Assembly: GCA_937935255.1 (NCBI GenBank)
Contig: CALGXT010000136.1
Span: forward strand, 1 to 55,630
DNA: 55,630 nucleotides
Direction: 5' to 3'
From: an uncultured bacterium
GTDB taxonomy: Bacteria; Verrucomicrobiota; Kiritimatiellia; PWTM01
Every line of letters begins with the position of its first letter. The stretch's first letter is position 1. Below the pieces are notes generated by a model, which searched no databases, was not told the origin of the DNA, and saw nothing but the letters and a program-made list of their open reading frames with translations. Positions 28,823 through 38,887 of this stretch are shown here, piece after piece. Both the position numbers and the translations under genes were made by a program.

Positions 28823-31726
28823 TCATTCAACCGCAATTTCATACAACAAGCGAGCGCTTTCCGCGCCCCGAACATCGCACTCGATTTGCAGCGCGCCGTC
28901 CGGCGCGACCGCCACCGGGACCTCGGCCAACCGACGCCCGCCCGTGGAGAGCGCCCAGGCGCGAACCGGTCGAGGCGCCTCGCGATCGCGGGCGATGCGA
29001 ACGTTCGCCCGACCCGCGCGCACGAGATGGGGAAGCCGGCCCCACGCCGTCAGGGTGCGTCCGTCGGCGCGGAATTCCTGCCCGGTGTTGCGCATGTCAG
29101 TCAGATGCGTCACCAGGATTTTCCGACTCGAACGCAGCGGCAAGCCGTCGAGGGCGGCGGCGGCGACGGCGGCCGGACTGTCGCGAATTTCGGCCTCCAG
29201 CGCGCCCGCGCGGAATCGCAGGCCGGTCGGCCCCGCGCCGCCGGCGAAGCGCGGCGTGTCCACGGCGAACGCTTGCCCGGCGGCGTCAATTTGCAGCTCG
29301 CCGGTTGAGCTCTCGATTCGCCCCGCCGCCGCGTCCGTGGTGTTTTTCTCCAGGCCCGCACGCTCGCGCAATGCCGCCCACCCGCGATCCGCCGCGCCGG
29401 CGTCGAAGGGGTCGTTCGCGCCGCGCGACGCCGTTTTTAGCGGCACGCGCAACTCGTTCTCGCGCGCCGACGCGGGCGATGTCTCGATCCGATATCCGAC
29501 GCGCGCAACGTAGGCGAGCCATGGGCGGCCCGCGACCAGCGGCGCGTTAGGCGCGCGCGATCCCTTGAAGTCGTCTTCCTCGCCCGCGAACGATATTGAA
29601 ACGGGCGCCGGTCGCGCGTCGCGGCGCAGAAAGAGCAACAGCGCGAGCCGATCCGCGGCCAGATTGAGCGGATCGGAGGCGAGGTCGAAATAGTTCAACG
29701 GCGACGGCGATTTCACGCGTTCGAGATCGTGGCTGTAGGCGAATCGCCAGACGCCGTCCCAATCCTGCAAGGCCGCCAGCGCGCCAAGCAGTAAACCGCC
29801 GGTCCCGCGATGAGGTCCCGGCGCCGCGTAATTGAATTCGCTGACGGTGAACGGCTTTCCGAAAAGGCGCGTGAACGCCGCGCGCGCGCCCACGGCGGCC
29901 TCCGGATCCGCGGGGTGGCGATGCGGCGCGCGGGACGGCAGCGACCAGGGTTTTTCCACGAACTCCGGATGATCCGCGTAAAAGTGGTCGTCCACGTAAT
30001 CGAACGCCAAACGCGTCCATTGAAACGCGCGGCGATTCGTCCAGCCGTTCAAGTCGGTCAGCAATGCGCGACAGCCCAACTCCTCGCGCAGAAAACGCGC
30101 CATGCGCTCGAACAATCCCCGCTGGGTCTCCGCGCAGAACGCCGCGAAATCGCGCCCGCGCGGCGAATCCTCCGCAACAGACTTCGGCAGGGGATCGGCG
30201 CGGAACAGCGCCCCATGGTCGGCCTCCACCCCCCAGACCGCGGCGATGTGGGCGGGACGAGGATAACGAGCGGTCAACCAGCGATTCCACGCTTTTTGCC
30301 ATTCCGCGGCCACGCGCGGCGAGAGATTTCCGAGATAGTTGGCGGGCGTATTTTCATTGATCAGGCTGATCCACGCCAGCGCGGGGTCCTCGGCCCAGGT
30401 CATCCCGGTGTGGGGGTTCTTGTGCCCCAGCCATAACCGCGCAAATGCGCGCAAATGCTCCTCGGCCTTCGGATGCACGGCGGCGAGCAGCTTGAATTCG
30501 CCCGAGCTCAGCGAACCCGCCGTCCCCGGCCAGACCACTTCGGCGGGAACGGGGCGCGAGACGTACAAATCGGTCGAAACGAAGATGCCGTTTTTCCGCA
30601 GCGCCGCGAACAGATACTCCATCCGGTCGAGCGCTTCGGCGTTCAATTCGAGGGGCGCCCCGGATTTTTGCAGCGCGCCATCGTGATGGTGGAGCCGCAC
30701 GGCGTTATAGCCCAGCCGGGCCAGGCGCGCCGCCAGGCGATCGGCGGTGGCGCGATCCGGCGTGTTCGCGCCGAAACAGAGATTGACGCCGTAAAATCGG
30801 CGCGATTGGCGCGGCGTGCGCTCGAAGGCGAAGGCGCCGTCCGCGCGGGCGATCAGCCGGCCTTCCGCGCCCGGCGCGGGGCCGCGCCAGGCCGCTTTCG
30901 AGAAGTCCAGCGCCGAACCTTCCGCGATATCGAGCTCGACCGCGAACGGCAGCCACTCCGCCGACGCCGCGCCGTCGTCCGTCGGGGTCAGCAATCGTAT
31001 CGGACTATCGGCTGAAAGCTCGAACTCGATTCGAAAAGTCCGGCCGGCGGCCCACGGCTCGGCCGTGCCGCTGTTCGGACCGAACCGCAAGGTGAGCGTG
31101 GGATTCCAGCGACGGTCATCCTGCACCAGCGAGAGCGCAGGCTGTGGAAAACGGAACCGAAGTTCGCGCCCCGCTTCGGTTCGCACGCCGACCACGCTCG
31201 CCAGGCCGTTGAAGAGGTGCGGCTGATCGTTCTCCCCCGCCGGCGGCTCGCCGCGCCGGTCATCCGCGAACCAAAAACCGCCGACCGCCTGTTCATAGGG
31301 AAGGTTCAGGGAAACATTGACGCCGTGGAGCGAAAGGTCATCGCGCGCCGTCATTTCGCAGACGTATCGGAGCGCGCCGCCCGCCGCCGCCGCCACGACG
31401 ACCTGGGTTTCCACAACGCCCCCGGACGCCGCGACAATTCTGCCCGGCGCGGCGTTATCCCGGCCGCCGGGCCGCGGTTCGGGATGGAGCGTTGCATAAC
31501 GCCAGCCTTCTTCGAATAAAGAAGGCGCGAGAGCGGCCCATCGCTGCCCGTTGTGCCGGAATTCGAGGGCGCCGTTCGGCTGGAGAACCGCCGACCAGCC
31601 CCGTCCCGAAGCTTGTGGAGAAGGATAGTCGAATTCGATCGCATTCAATCGTTGCGTCGGGATCATCACGCCTCCCAGCGCCGCGATCAGCAAAATTGCG
31701 CGCGCCCCGTGGGAATATTGAAACAT
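28823..31726 (-). CDS. Secreted large glycoside hydrolase-like protein (clan GH-A / GH5-like TIM barrel in the centre)
   Basis: Trimmed to the ATG at 31726 (MFQYSHGARAILLIAALGGVMIP). YGVNLCFGAN...GYNAVRLHHHD, WISLINENTP (NE acid/base-type), FTVSEFNY (nucleophile-type). Confidence 0.75.
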   Translation of the reverse strand: MFQYSHGARAILLIAALGGVMIPTQRLNAIEFDYPSPQASGRGWSAVLQPNGALEFRHNGQRWAALAPSLFEEGWRYATLHPEPRPGGRDNAAPGRIVAASGGVVETQVVVAAAAGGALRYVCEMTARDDLSLHGVNVSLNLPYEQAVGGFWFADDRRGEPPAGENDQPHLFNGLASVVGVRTEAGRELRFRFPQPALSLVQDDRRWNPTLTLRFGPNSGTAEPWAAGRTFRIEFELSADSPIRLLTPTDDGAASAEWLPFAVELDIAEGSALDFSKAAWRGPAPGAEGRLIARADGAFAFERTPRQSRRFYGVNLCFGANTPDRATADRLAARLARLGYNAVRLHHHDGALQKSGAPLELNAEALDRMEYLFAALRKNGIFVSTDLYVSRPVPAEVVWPGTAGSLSSGEFKLLAAVHPKAEEHLRAFARLWLGHKNPHTGMTWAEDPALAWISLINENTPANYLGNLSPRVAAEWQKAWNRWLTARYPRPAHIAAVWGVEADHGALFRADPLPKSVAEDSPRGRDFAAFCAETQRGLFERMARFLREELGCRALLTDLNGWTNRRAFQWTRLAFDYVDDHFYADHPEFVEKPWSLPSRAPHRHPADPEAAVGARAAFTRLFGKPFTVSEFNYAAPGPHRGTGGLLLGALAALQDWDGVWRFAYSHDLERVKSPSPLNYFDLASDPLNLAADRLALLLFLRRDARPAPVSISFAGEEDDFKGSRAPNAPLVAGRPWLAYVARVGYRIETSPASARENELRVPLKTASRGANDPFDAGAADRGWAALRERAGLEKNTTDAAAGRIESSTGELQIDAAGQAFAVDTPRFAGGAGPTGLRFRAGALEAEIRDSPAAVAAAALDGLPLRSSRKILVTHLTDMRNTGQEFRADGRTLTAWGRLPHLVRAGRANVRIARDREAPRPVRAWALSTGGRRLAEVPVAVAPDGALQIECDVRGAESARLLYEIAVE

Positions 31727-31950
31727 GGCGTCATTCCACAACTTCCGGCCCGAGCCGTCAACGGCGCTTTTCGCGCGTCGGTTCCCCCATCGTTTCCCTG
31801 TCCCCGTCGGAATTTTCAACGCGGAGACGCCGTGGCCGCGGAGAAGATGGCGGGGCGTGGGACGCAGGACGTGGAAAGCGCTTTTTCAGGCACTCTACAT
31901 GCTCCTCTTGCTCTCGCACGGATTTCGGCGACCGACGCTCGCCGCTATAG

Positions 31951-32144
31951 CCTCCGCTCTCCGCTCTTCCGATCTCTGCGCTCTCGGCGTCTCCGCGGTG
32001 CAATCCCGGGCCGCGCGGCAGGCTCTGCTCTCGCTTCGACTATCTCACACCTTCGAAGGTGTGATATAGTCGCCGCACCGATGCGGAACCCTGAAAAGAG
32101 GACAAAAAAACAGGTTTGCGCTGGCGCTGGCGTTGCCTTCCGCT
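31951..32144 (+). repeat. Duplicated intergenic segment, copy 1 (contains family 2B palindrome at 32040-32069)
   Basis: Aligns over ~190 bp with 32392-32581, roughly 85% identical by eye with small indels. Ends in CCGCTATGCTGGCCG. Confidence 0.85.
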
Positions 32145-32326
32145 ATGCTGGCCGCCGCGCCGCGCGACGTTCTCTGTCCCTTACCGGATGGTTTTTTCGC
32201 GGCGCTGCCGCGCGGCGAACTTCCTTCCAACTTCGTTCCAAGTTCTGCCGCATTATACTGATAGAAAGCGTTTTATGAATTCGCTTTGGTAAACTTCATA
32301 TTCTCTGTCCCTATATTCTCCGGCGC

Positions 32327-32353
32327 GGCGGGCCTCCGCGGCCCGCCTTTTTT
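32327..32353 (+). terminator. Intrinsic terminator with no upstream plus-strand CDS
   Basis: GGCGGGCC-TCCGC-GGCCCGCC stem-loop followed by TTTTTT. Preceded by an unusually AT-rich ~90 nt stretch. Confidence 0.6.
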
Positions 32354-32391
32354 CTCCGCGCCTCCGCGCCCCTGCGGTGAAACCTTTCCGA

Positions 32392-32581
32392 CCTCCGCTC
32401 TCTGCGTTCTCGGCGCCTCCACGGTGCAATCCCGGGCCGCGCGACGGGCTGTGTTCTCGCTTCGGCTATCTCACACCTTCGAAGGGGTGAGATAGCCGCC
32501 GCACCGATGCGGAATCCTGGAAAGAGGACGGAAAAACAGGTTTTGCGCTGGCGTCGCCGTCGCCGTCCGCTATGCTGGCCG
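32392..32581 (+). repeat. Duplicated intergenic segment, copy 2 (contains family 2B palindrome at 32466-32495), immediately upstream of deoA
   Basis: See copy 1. Its CCGCTATGCTGGCCG end lies about 35 nt before the deoA ATG. Confidence 0.85.
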
Positions 32582-32615
32582 ACGCGCGGAAGCCGCGCCG
32601 CGGGAGATTCCAGCC

Positions 32616-33917
32616 ATGATGCCGCAGTGGATCATCGAGAAAAAGCGCGACGGGCGCGAATTGGGCGCCTCCGAAATCGAGTTTTTCATGCAAGGCTACG
32701 CGCGCGGCGAGATTCCCGACTATCAAATGGCCGCGCTCGCCATGGCGATTTATCTGCGCGGCATGACGGATTCCGAAACGGCGCTGTTGACCGAAGCGAT
32801 GATGCGCTCCGGCGACACGCTCGACACCTCCCGCATTCCGTTCCCCAAGGTGGACAAGCATTCCACCGGCGGCATCGGCGACAAAATCTCGCTCCCGCTC
32901 GCTCCCCTGCTGGCCTGCTGCGGCGTCGCCGTGCCGATGATCTCCGGCCGCGGCCTCGGCATCACCGGAGGCACGCTCGACAAGCTGGAATCCATTCCCG
33001 GCTATCGCACGAATCTCGGCGAACGGGAATTTCTGGATATCGTCGCGGAAGTCGGCTGCTCGATCGTCGGTCAGACCGAACGGCTCGTCCCCGCCGACAA
33101 GAAACTCTACGCGCTGCGCGACGTGACCGCGACCGTGCCCTCGATTCCGTTGATCACCGCAAGCATCATGTCGAAAAAACTCGCCGAAGGCATTGATCAC
33201 CTGCTGCTCGACGTGAAATTCGGCGCCGGCGCCTTCATGCGCACGCGCGCGGACGCCCGCCGGCTCGCGGAGAGCCTGGTCCGCGTCGGACGCGCCATGG
33301 GCAAAGGCGTGCGGGCGTTTCTTACCGACATGAACCAGCCGCTGGGCCGAACGGTCGGCAACGCCCTTGAAGTCGTCGAGGCCGCCGAAACGCTCTACGG
33401 ACGCGGCCCGGCGGACGTCCGAGAGCTAACCCTCGCCTTCGGCGCGGAGCTCCTGACGATGGCCGGCGTCGCGCCGAATTCCGCCGCCGCGCGCGCGACG
33501 CTGGAGCGCGCCCTCGCGAGCGGCGCGGCGATCGCGAAATTTCAGGAAATGATCCGCCGTCAAGGCGGCGACGCCGAAGCCGTCGCCGACTATAACCGCT
33601 TGCCGGCCGCCGCGATCCGAACCCCGTTGACCGCGCCCTGCGCAGGCTACATCGCCGCGGTGGACGCCGAGCGCATCGGACGCGCCGTCGTGCTCCTCGG
33701 GGCGGGCCGCAAGAAGACGGAGGACGCCGTGGACCCGTCGGTGGGTCTGTCGGAACTGGTCAAGGTCGGCGAGCGCGTGGAAAAAGGCGGCACGCTGGCT
33801 ATCGCGCACGCCAACGACCGCGCCCGGCTCGACGAAGCGCGCAAACTCCTGATCGAGGCCTTCACCTTCTCGGAAGGCCCGCCGACGCCGACCCCGCTTA
33901 TCGCGGAGCGCTTTTAG
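32616..33917 (+). CDS. deoA: Thymidine/pyrimidine-nucleoside phosphorylase
   Basis: IIEKKRDGRELGASEIEFF, VDKHSTGGIGDKISL, ISGRGLGITGGTLDKLESIPG. 433 aa. Confidence 0.92.
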   Translation: MMPQWIIEKKRDGRELGASEIEFFMQGYARGEIPDYQMAALAMAIYLRGMTDSETALLTEAMMRSGDTLDTSRIPFPKVDKHSTGGIGDKISLPLAPLLACCGVAVPMISGRGLGITGGTLDKLESIPGYRTNLGEREFLDIVAEVGCSIVGQTERLVPADKKLYALRDVTATVPSIPLITASIMSKKLAEGIDHLLLDVKFGAGAFMRTRADARRLAESLVRVGRAMGKGVRAFLTDMNQPLGRTVGNALEVVEAAETLYGRGPADVRELTLAFGAELLTMAGVAPNSAAARATLERALASGAAIAKFQEMIRRQGGDAEAVADYNRLPAAAIRTPLTAPCAGYIAAVDAERIGRAVVLLGAGRKKTEDAVDPSVGLSELVKVGERVEKGGTLAIAHANDRARLDEARKLLIEAFTFSEGPPTPTPLIAERF

Positions 33918-34031
33918 GGCTGAAAAGCCGAGCCGTCGGCGCGCGGCGAATTGATTTTGCGCGCGGATTGCTAACACAATTCTCACGAATTGTTATTGGC
34001 GGCGGTGTGTTAGATTACCATCGCAGCGGCG

Positions 34032-37000
34032 ATGAATGCGAATCCCATGGAAGAACGACGCAAAACGACAGGGGCGCCGGAGGCGTGGATGGACCTCGCC
34101 GTGTTCGCCGCCGCGGCGCTGCTGTTCCTTCTGACCCGGGCCTCGGGCCCTTATCCCGGCGAGCCGGCGGCGTGGACGGCGGCGGTGAGCGGCCTATCGC
34201 CGTTTCCCCCATTGACGCGCCCGCTGTACGCCGGACTGGCCCGTCTACTGGCTCACGTGCCGATCGGCGCGATGAGCGCGCGACTCGCGGTGTTCAGCGC
34301 CTTCTGCGCGGCCGCGGCCGTCGCGCTGATGGGCCGCATCGTGCGCGCCTTCCCCCCGATGGAGCCGGCCCGCGAGGACGACCGCGTCGCGCGATGGGTG
34401 TCGGGGTTGGCGGCTTCTTTTGCGCTCGCCTTCGCTTTTCCGTTTTGGTTCAGCGCGACGCGCGCGTCGCCGGAGCCATTGGCATTGGCTTTGCTGCTCG
34501 CCGCCATCGAACGCTTGATCCGCTATGAACAACGGGGGCGCCTTGCGGATTTGTGCTTTTTCGCGGCGCTGTACGGCACGGCGATGATAGAGCATCCCGC
34601 GGCCTTGTTTTTTTTCCCCGTTGTAGGCGTCGCGGCCATCGTGATTATCCTGCGTCGCTCGGCGCAACGGCCCACGGGTTTGTTGCCGGACCGCTTCTCT
34701 GTTCCGACGGCAGCGCGGCGATTCGCCGTCGCCGCGCTCTGCGGCGGCGCCGGACTCATCCCCATCGGGTTGTATGCAGGGTGGTATTCCCGCCAGCCCG
34801 CCGCACAATGGCGGGACCTTTCCGGCGTGGGCGCCGTGTTGAGGGACCTGGCGCGGGCCTATTATCACGCGACCCGCGAAGTCTTGCCGCCGATCGGCTG
34901 GTTGTTGATCGTCGCATTCGCGGCGGCGCCGTGCGTCTGGCTCGCGTTCGCCCCCTTGTTCGTACGCCGCAAAGCTGATGTCCGCCCCGGTCACATTTTT
35001 CTTTCCGCGGCGCTCGCCGGCCTCTCGCTCTGGGTTCTCTTGCTCGACGCGCTCGCCCCCGCGGCGGCGGCGGGGCTGCTGACGGCCCGCGCGATGCCGT
35101 CGGCCGCCACGGCCTTTGCGCTCGGCCGGCTGTCCGCGTGGGCGCGCCCCGCGCCGCGCGCCCGGCGCCGGCTGGCCCACCGCGGTTTATTCGCGTTCCG
35201 GCGCGTGTTTTCGGTCGGCCTCCTCTCGTTGTTTGCGCTCGGTCTGGTCGCCGCGCCGTTGCTCAACGGACGGCTGATGCGATCCGCCGCGCGCCAGCGC
35301 TACACCGACTACGCCCGAGACGTCGTCCGCTTTTTGGGGGGACGCGCCTGGCTGCTGCTGGAGTCCGGCGACGACGACCTGATCGCCGCCGCGCTTGCGG
35401 AGGCCGGAAGTTCCGCCCGCGTCATCCGGCCCGCTTTGGGCAACTCCCTCGCCTATCGCCGCCACCTCGCCGCAGGTTTCAATGACGCCCGCCTGCGCGA
35501 CGTCTCCGCGCTCGGCATTTCTCCGTTGCTGACCGAATGGCTGGGGCGCGGCATGGAGTCCGGCCTGGAGCTGGCCGCGCTGGGCTCGTTGACGCCCTGG
35601 CAGGCGGTCGGTCGCCGCGCTTTCCCCTGGGGCCCTTTGACGTGCCCCGCGACCGCGCAAACAGGCGACGATCATGACGGCATCGCGCGAAAAAACCTGG
35701 ACTTCGCGAACCGATACGCCGGTCTGTTCGACGCCGCGAAGCGCGAGCCGTGGCCCTGGACGAAGCACTGGAACGCCCTCGTCGCCGTCCGCGCCAGCCG
35801 CGCCGCGAACAACACCGGTGTCTGGCTCGAAGAGGAGGGGCGCCCGGACCTCGCCGCCGAGGCCTACGCGATCGCGCTGCGCGTCCATCCCGACAATCTC
35901 AGCGCGCTGATGAACGCCGCGCTCCTGGAGGCCGCGGAAGGCCGCGAACCTTCGGAGGAGCGAATCGCAAAGCTCCGGGCGACCGCCGACCGCCTGCGCG
36001 GGTCGGGCGAGCCCTTGAACGCCCTCTCGCTCATCGGTTTATTCGGGGAAATCCGACGTCCGGACATCTACGCGCGGCGCGGCTTGCTATGGGCCCTGGC
36101 CGGGCGCCAGGCCGCGGCCGAAGCCGAATGGAAACGCCTGGGCGCCGACGCGGAGCCGCTCCGTCGCGCGGCGTCGGAATACTTCGCGATTCAAAGCGGC
36201 GGGCCTGAAAGCGAGGCCGCATTGCGCGCCATCGCCGAGCGCGACAACGCGCCGACGGCGTGGATCGGCGTGTTCCGCCGCGCGCTTTCCCGATCCGACT
36301 TCGCCGCCGCCGAAGAGGCGCTCGAGCGCGCCGCCGCCGCCGGCGCGGAAGCCGCGCGGCTGACTCGCGAACGCGCGCTTTTGGACTGGACGTCGGGCCG
36401 CCGCGAGGAAGCGCGCCGCGCATTGCGCCGTCAGGATCGCGACCCGGAGGCGCTCGCCCTGCTTGCCGCGATGGCGGCCGAGGCCGGCCACGCCGAGGAC
36501 CTCGACCGCCACCTGGAGCGGCTGAAAGAATGGCGCGCAGCCTTGCCGCCGGGCATTTGGCTGACGATCGCGCGCATCGAAATGGGGCGCGGCGCTTACG
36601 ACGCCGCGCGCCGCGCGCTCGAAGCGGCGTGGCGCGCTCGCCCGGAAAACCGCGAGACATTGGAGCTCTTGCTGCGTCTGGATGTCCTGCAAGCGCGGCT
36701 CGCCGACGCGCGAGCGCGCGTCGCCGAGCTGCTGGCCGCAGATCCCCGCCATGCGTTCGCCAACCGCGTACTCGGCTCGATACAGCTTCACGAAGGCGAC
36801 TGGCTCGGCGCGGAAACCGCGTTGCGCCGCATCCTCGCCGCAGCGCGCGACCCCGGCGCGCTGAACGATCTCGCGTATGCGCTGCTGCGACGCCAGCGGC
36901 TCGAGGAGGCCGTCGAGCTGGCGCGGGAAGCGACCCGGCTCGCGCCGGAGATGTCCTCGGCCTGGGACACGCTCGGCGAAGCGCTGCGCGAAAGCGGAAA

Positions 37001-37214
37001 GGCGGAAGAAGCCGTCGAGGCGGCGCGACGGGCTGTGGAACTGGAGCCGGAAAACGCGACTTTTCTCTGGAATCTCGCGCAGGTCTATGAAGCCTTGAAA
37101 CGAACGCGCGAGGCCGCGGAAATCCTCGCCGCCCTGTCGCAACGACAGGATGAGCTGCCGCCGCAAATCCGCCGGCAATTGCGCGAACGCCGCGGCGCAA
37201 AATCCGATCCGTAG
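34032..37214 (+). CDS. Large polytopic membrane protein with C-terminal TPR repeats (N-terminal domain possibly DUF2723/GT-C-like)
   Basis: About 500 aa of repeated hydrophobic helices, then Ala/Leu/Arg-rich TPR-like repeats (e.g. AWDTLGEALRESGKAEEAVEAARRAVELEPENA). The N-terminal family assignment is tentative. Confidence 0.75.
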   Translation: MNANPMEERRKTTGAPEAWMDLAVFAAAALLFLLTRASGPYPGEPAAWTAAVSGLSPFPPLTRPLYAGLARLLAHVPIGAMSARLAVFSAFCAAAAVALMGRIVRAFPPMEPAREDDRVARWVSGLAASFALAFAFPFWFSATRASPEPLALALLLAAIERLIRYEQRGRLADLCFFAALYGTAMIEHPAALFFFPVVGVAAIVIILRRSAQRPTGLLPDRFSVPTAARRFAVAALCGGAGLIPIGLYAGWYSRQPAAQWRDLSGVGAVLRDLARAYYHATREVLPPIGWLLIVAFAAAPCVWLAFAPLFVRRKADVRPGHIFLSAALAGLSLWVLLLDALAPAAAAGLLTARAMPSAATAFALGRLSAWARPAPRARRRLAHRGLFAFRRVFSVGLLSLFALGLVAAPLLNGRLMRSAARQRYTDYARDVVRFLGGRAWLLLESGDDDLIAAALAEAGSSARVIRPALGNSLAYRRHLAAGFNDARLRDVSALGISPLLTEWLGRGMESGLELAALGSLTPWQAVGRRAFPWGPLTCPATAQTGDDHDGIARKNLDFANRYAGLFDAAKREPWPWTKHWNALVAVRASRAANNTGVWLEEEGRPDLAAEAYAIALRVHPDNLSALMNAALLEAAEGREPSEERIAKLRATADRLRGSGEPLNALSLIGLFGEIRRPDIYARRGLLWALAGRQAAAEAEWKRLGADAEPLRRAASEYFAIQSGGPESEAALRAIAERDNAPTAWIGVFRRALSRSDFAAAEEALERAAAAGAEAARLTRERALLDWTSGRREEARRALRRQDRDPEALALLAAMAAEAGHAEDLDRHLERLKEWRAALPPGIWLTIARIEMGRGAYDAARRALEAAWRARPENRETLELLLRLDVLQARLADARARVAELLAADPRHAFANRVLGSIQLHEGDWLGAETALRRILAAARDPGALNDLAYALLRRQRLEEAVELAREATRLAPEMSSAWDTLGEALRESGKAEEAVEAARRAVELEPENATFLWNLAQVYEALKRTREAAEILAALSQRQDELPPQIRRQLRERRGAKSDP

Positions 37215-37503
37215 CGGGCCGCAGGCCTGGAAAAAACCATGCTTTCACGCCCTTGGCCGGCGCGCCGCGGCGATCGCCGCTTTTCCGACCCGCCGCCCGC
37301 TCACACAATCCAAACATTTTTCTCGCTTCGGTCTTATGCCGGCATAACGAGTTTTTTCTAGGTTGCCCCCGCGACGCCGCGCCAGGGGGCGACTTCCGGG
37401 CATGCGGTGTTGCGAGGTGTGGTTATACCGGACGAAACCAGGGGCCGCGCGGCCCCGCGTTCGGTCAATATATCGGTCAGCAATGGAATCGAGGGAGGAT
37501 GGA

Positions 37504-38163
37504 ATGAAGGCGAAAGGATTGAAGATGGCGGCGGCCGCAGCGGCCCTGGCAGGCCTCTGTGTCGGCGTTGCCGAAGCTCGGAATATGGTCGGGTATATCA
37601 AGGTCGAGGTGCCCGCCGGCTTATCCATGATGTCCGTACCGTTTGAGCCAGTGGGTGGAGGGGCTTTCACGCTGGAAGCGGTGCTTGGGAATGCACCCGC
37701 GGACACTGTGTTGCTTCTCTTTACGGGCAGTGGATATGAGGTCTACAACAAAGATGCGGATGCTGGCTGGCAAGATGACAATGGCGACGACGCCGGAAAT
37801 CTTACTTTGCCCCGTGGCGGTGGGTTTTGGATATGGAATGTCAGCGGCAACCCGTTCAATGTCGTCCTTCGCGGGCAAGTGCCGACGCAGCCTATAAGCC
37901 AGAATCTTGAGACGGGACTTCAGATAGTTAGTTACGGCTTTCCATCGGCTGCGCCTTTGAGCAGTTACGGACCTTCGAATCCAGAGGACGGCGACATGCT
38001 CATGGTATTCGCAGGAAGTACTTATACGATCTACACCTATGTTGACGGTGAATGGGTGGACGACGATGGGAATCCCGCCGGCCTTGTTTTTGAGCCAGGT
38101 AAAGCTTATTGGTACTGGGCTCTGACCACTGACGTAATGTGGGGGCAAAGTCCTAATTTCTGA
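37504..38163 (+). CDS. Secreted protein of unknown function with an internal two-fold repeat
   Basis: GGAGGA SD before the ATG at 37504. Signal peptide MKAKGLKMAAAAAALAGLCVGVAEA. Repeats FTGSGYEVYNKDADAGWQDDNGDDAG...GGGFWIW and FAGSTYTIYTYVDGEWVDDDGNPAG...GKAYWYW. Markedly lower GC than the surroundings. Confidence 0.75.
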   Translation: MKAKGLKMAAAAAALAGLCVGVAEARNMVGYIKVEVPAGLSMMSVPFEPVGGGAFTLEAVLGNAPADTVLLLFTGSGYEVYNKDADAGWQDDNGDDAGNLTLPRGGGFWIWNVSGNPFNVVLRGQVPTQPISQNLETGLQIVSYGFPSAAPLSSYGPSNPEDGDMLMVFAGSTYTIYTYVDGEWVDDDGNPAGLVFEPGKAYWYWALTTDVMWGQSPNF

Positions 38164-38243
38164 TGACTCGATGCTTGGACTAACCTTTTTGTTTGCTGTC
38201 CATGTACAACTCAAAAAAGGAAAAACCTAAGAAAGGAAATAAT

Positions 38244-38864
38244 ATGAACAACTATCGTAAAGCGGTTGCTATTCTGGGATTTATGTTTGTGGCGTCTGCA
38301 TATGCTGATGTCCAGTTTGGTTGGGCAAATCATTCTGCGAATGCGCTAACCAATCATTTGGGTGCTACTATACCGCAGAGTCAGGCGACGGTACTGACCT
38401 TTTTGAGCGGAGATGCGGTTATCGATTTCGATCCCTTATCTCCTTTGGCGAGTTCGTACGGGTCGGGCGCTGGGGCGGATGTCTTTCTGCGGGCTCAAAA
38501 CAACACCTCCACGAGTTCGCGTTATTCGACGAATACTCCATCACTAGCTGGCAATGATCTTGTCGGAAAGTATGTGTACGCTGTTGTTTTGGAGTTGCCT
38601 TTTAGTCAATTTGTTTCCATCGCAACCGTCCCTGCCGGAACGTACTTCGGCATCTCACAGATGGGTTACACTCAAACGTCCGGAGTCGGCAATCCCGCAC
38701 CCATCCAGCAGTTTAGCGCCACAGACCCGACGACGGTTGGTCTTTACCGCGGCGGCCCTGTGCAAACCAGTCTCCAGGTCATCCCCGAACCTGCGGGCGC
38801 GACGCTGATTGTGATGGGCCTGGGCATTCTGTTGGCCCGTCGGATCAAAGCGCGTAACAGCTAA
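38244..38864 (+). CDS. PEP-CTERM sorting-domain protein
   Basis: Signal peptide MNNYRKAVAILGFMFVASAYA. The C-terminus VIPEPAGATLIVMGLGILLARRIKARNS has PEP, a TM helix and a basic tail. Low GC and AT-rich third codon positions. Confidence 0.85.
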   Translation: MNNYRKAVAILGFMFVASAYADVQFGWANHSANALTNHLGATIPQSQATVLTFLSGDAVIDFDPLSPLASSYGSGAGADVFLRAQNNTSTSSRYSTNTPSLAGNDLVGKYVYAVVLELPFSQFVSIATVPAGTYFGISQMGYTQTSGVGNPAPIQQFSATDPTTVGLYRGGPVQTSLQVIPEPAGATLIVMGLGILLARRIKARNS

Positions 38865-38887
38865 GATTCCGCGTAAATGTTGATAGG

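Noticed and set aside
32188-32292. 34-codon ORF (MVFSRRCRAANFLPTSFQVLPHYTDRKRFMNSLW) inside the candidate sRNA interval.
   Set aside because: It has no ribosome-binding site and no hydrophobic or otherwise recognisable small-protein character. It was kept only as a caveat to the sRNA hypothesis.
37215-37503. GC hairpins (e.g. GGGGCCGCGCGGCCCC near 37441) as terminators of the large TPR membrane-protein gene.
   Set aside because: There is no following T-tract and the loops are too short. These are indistinguishable from background palindromic GC runs.
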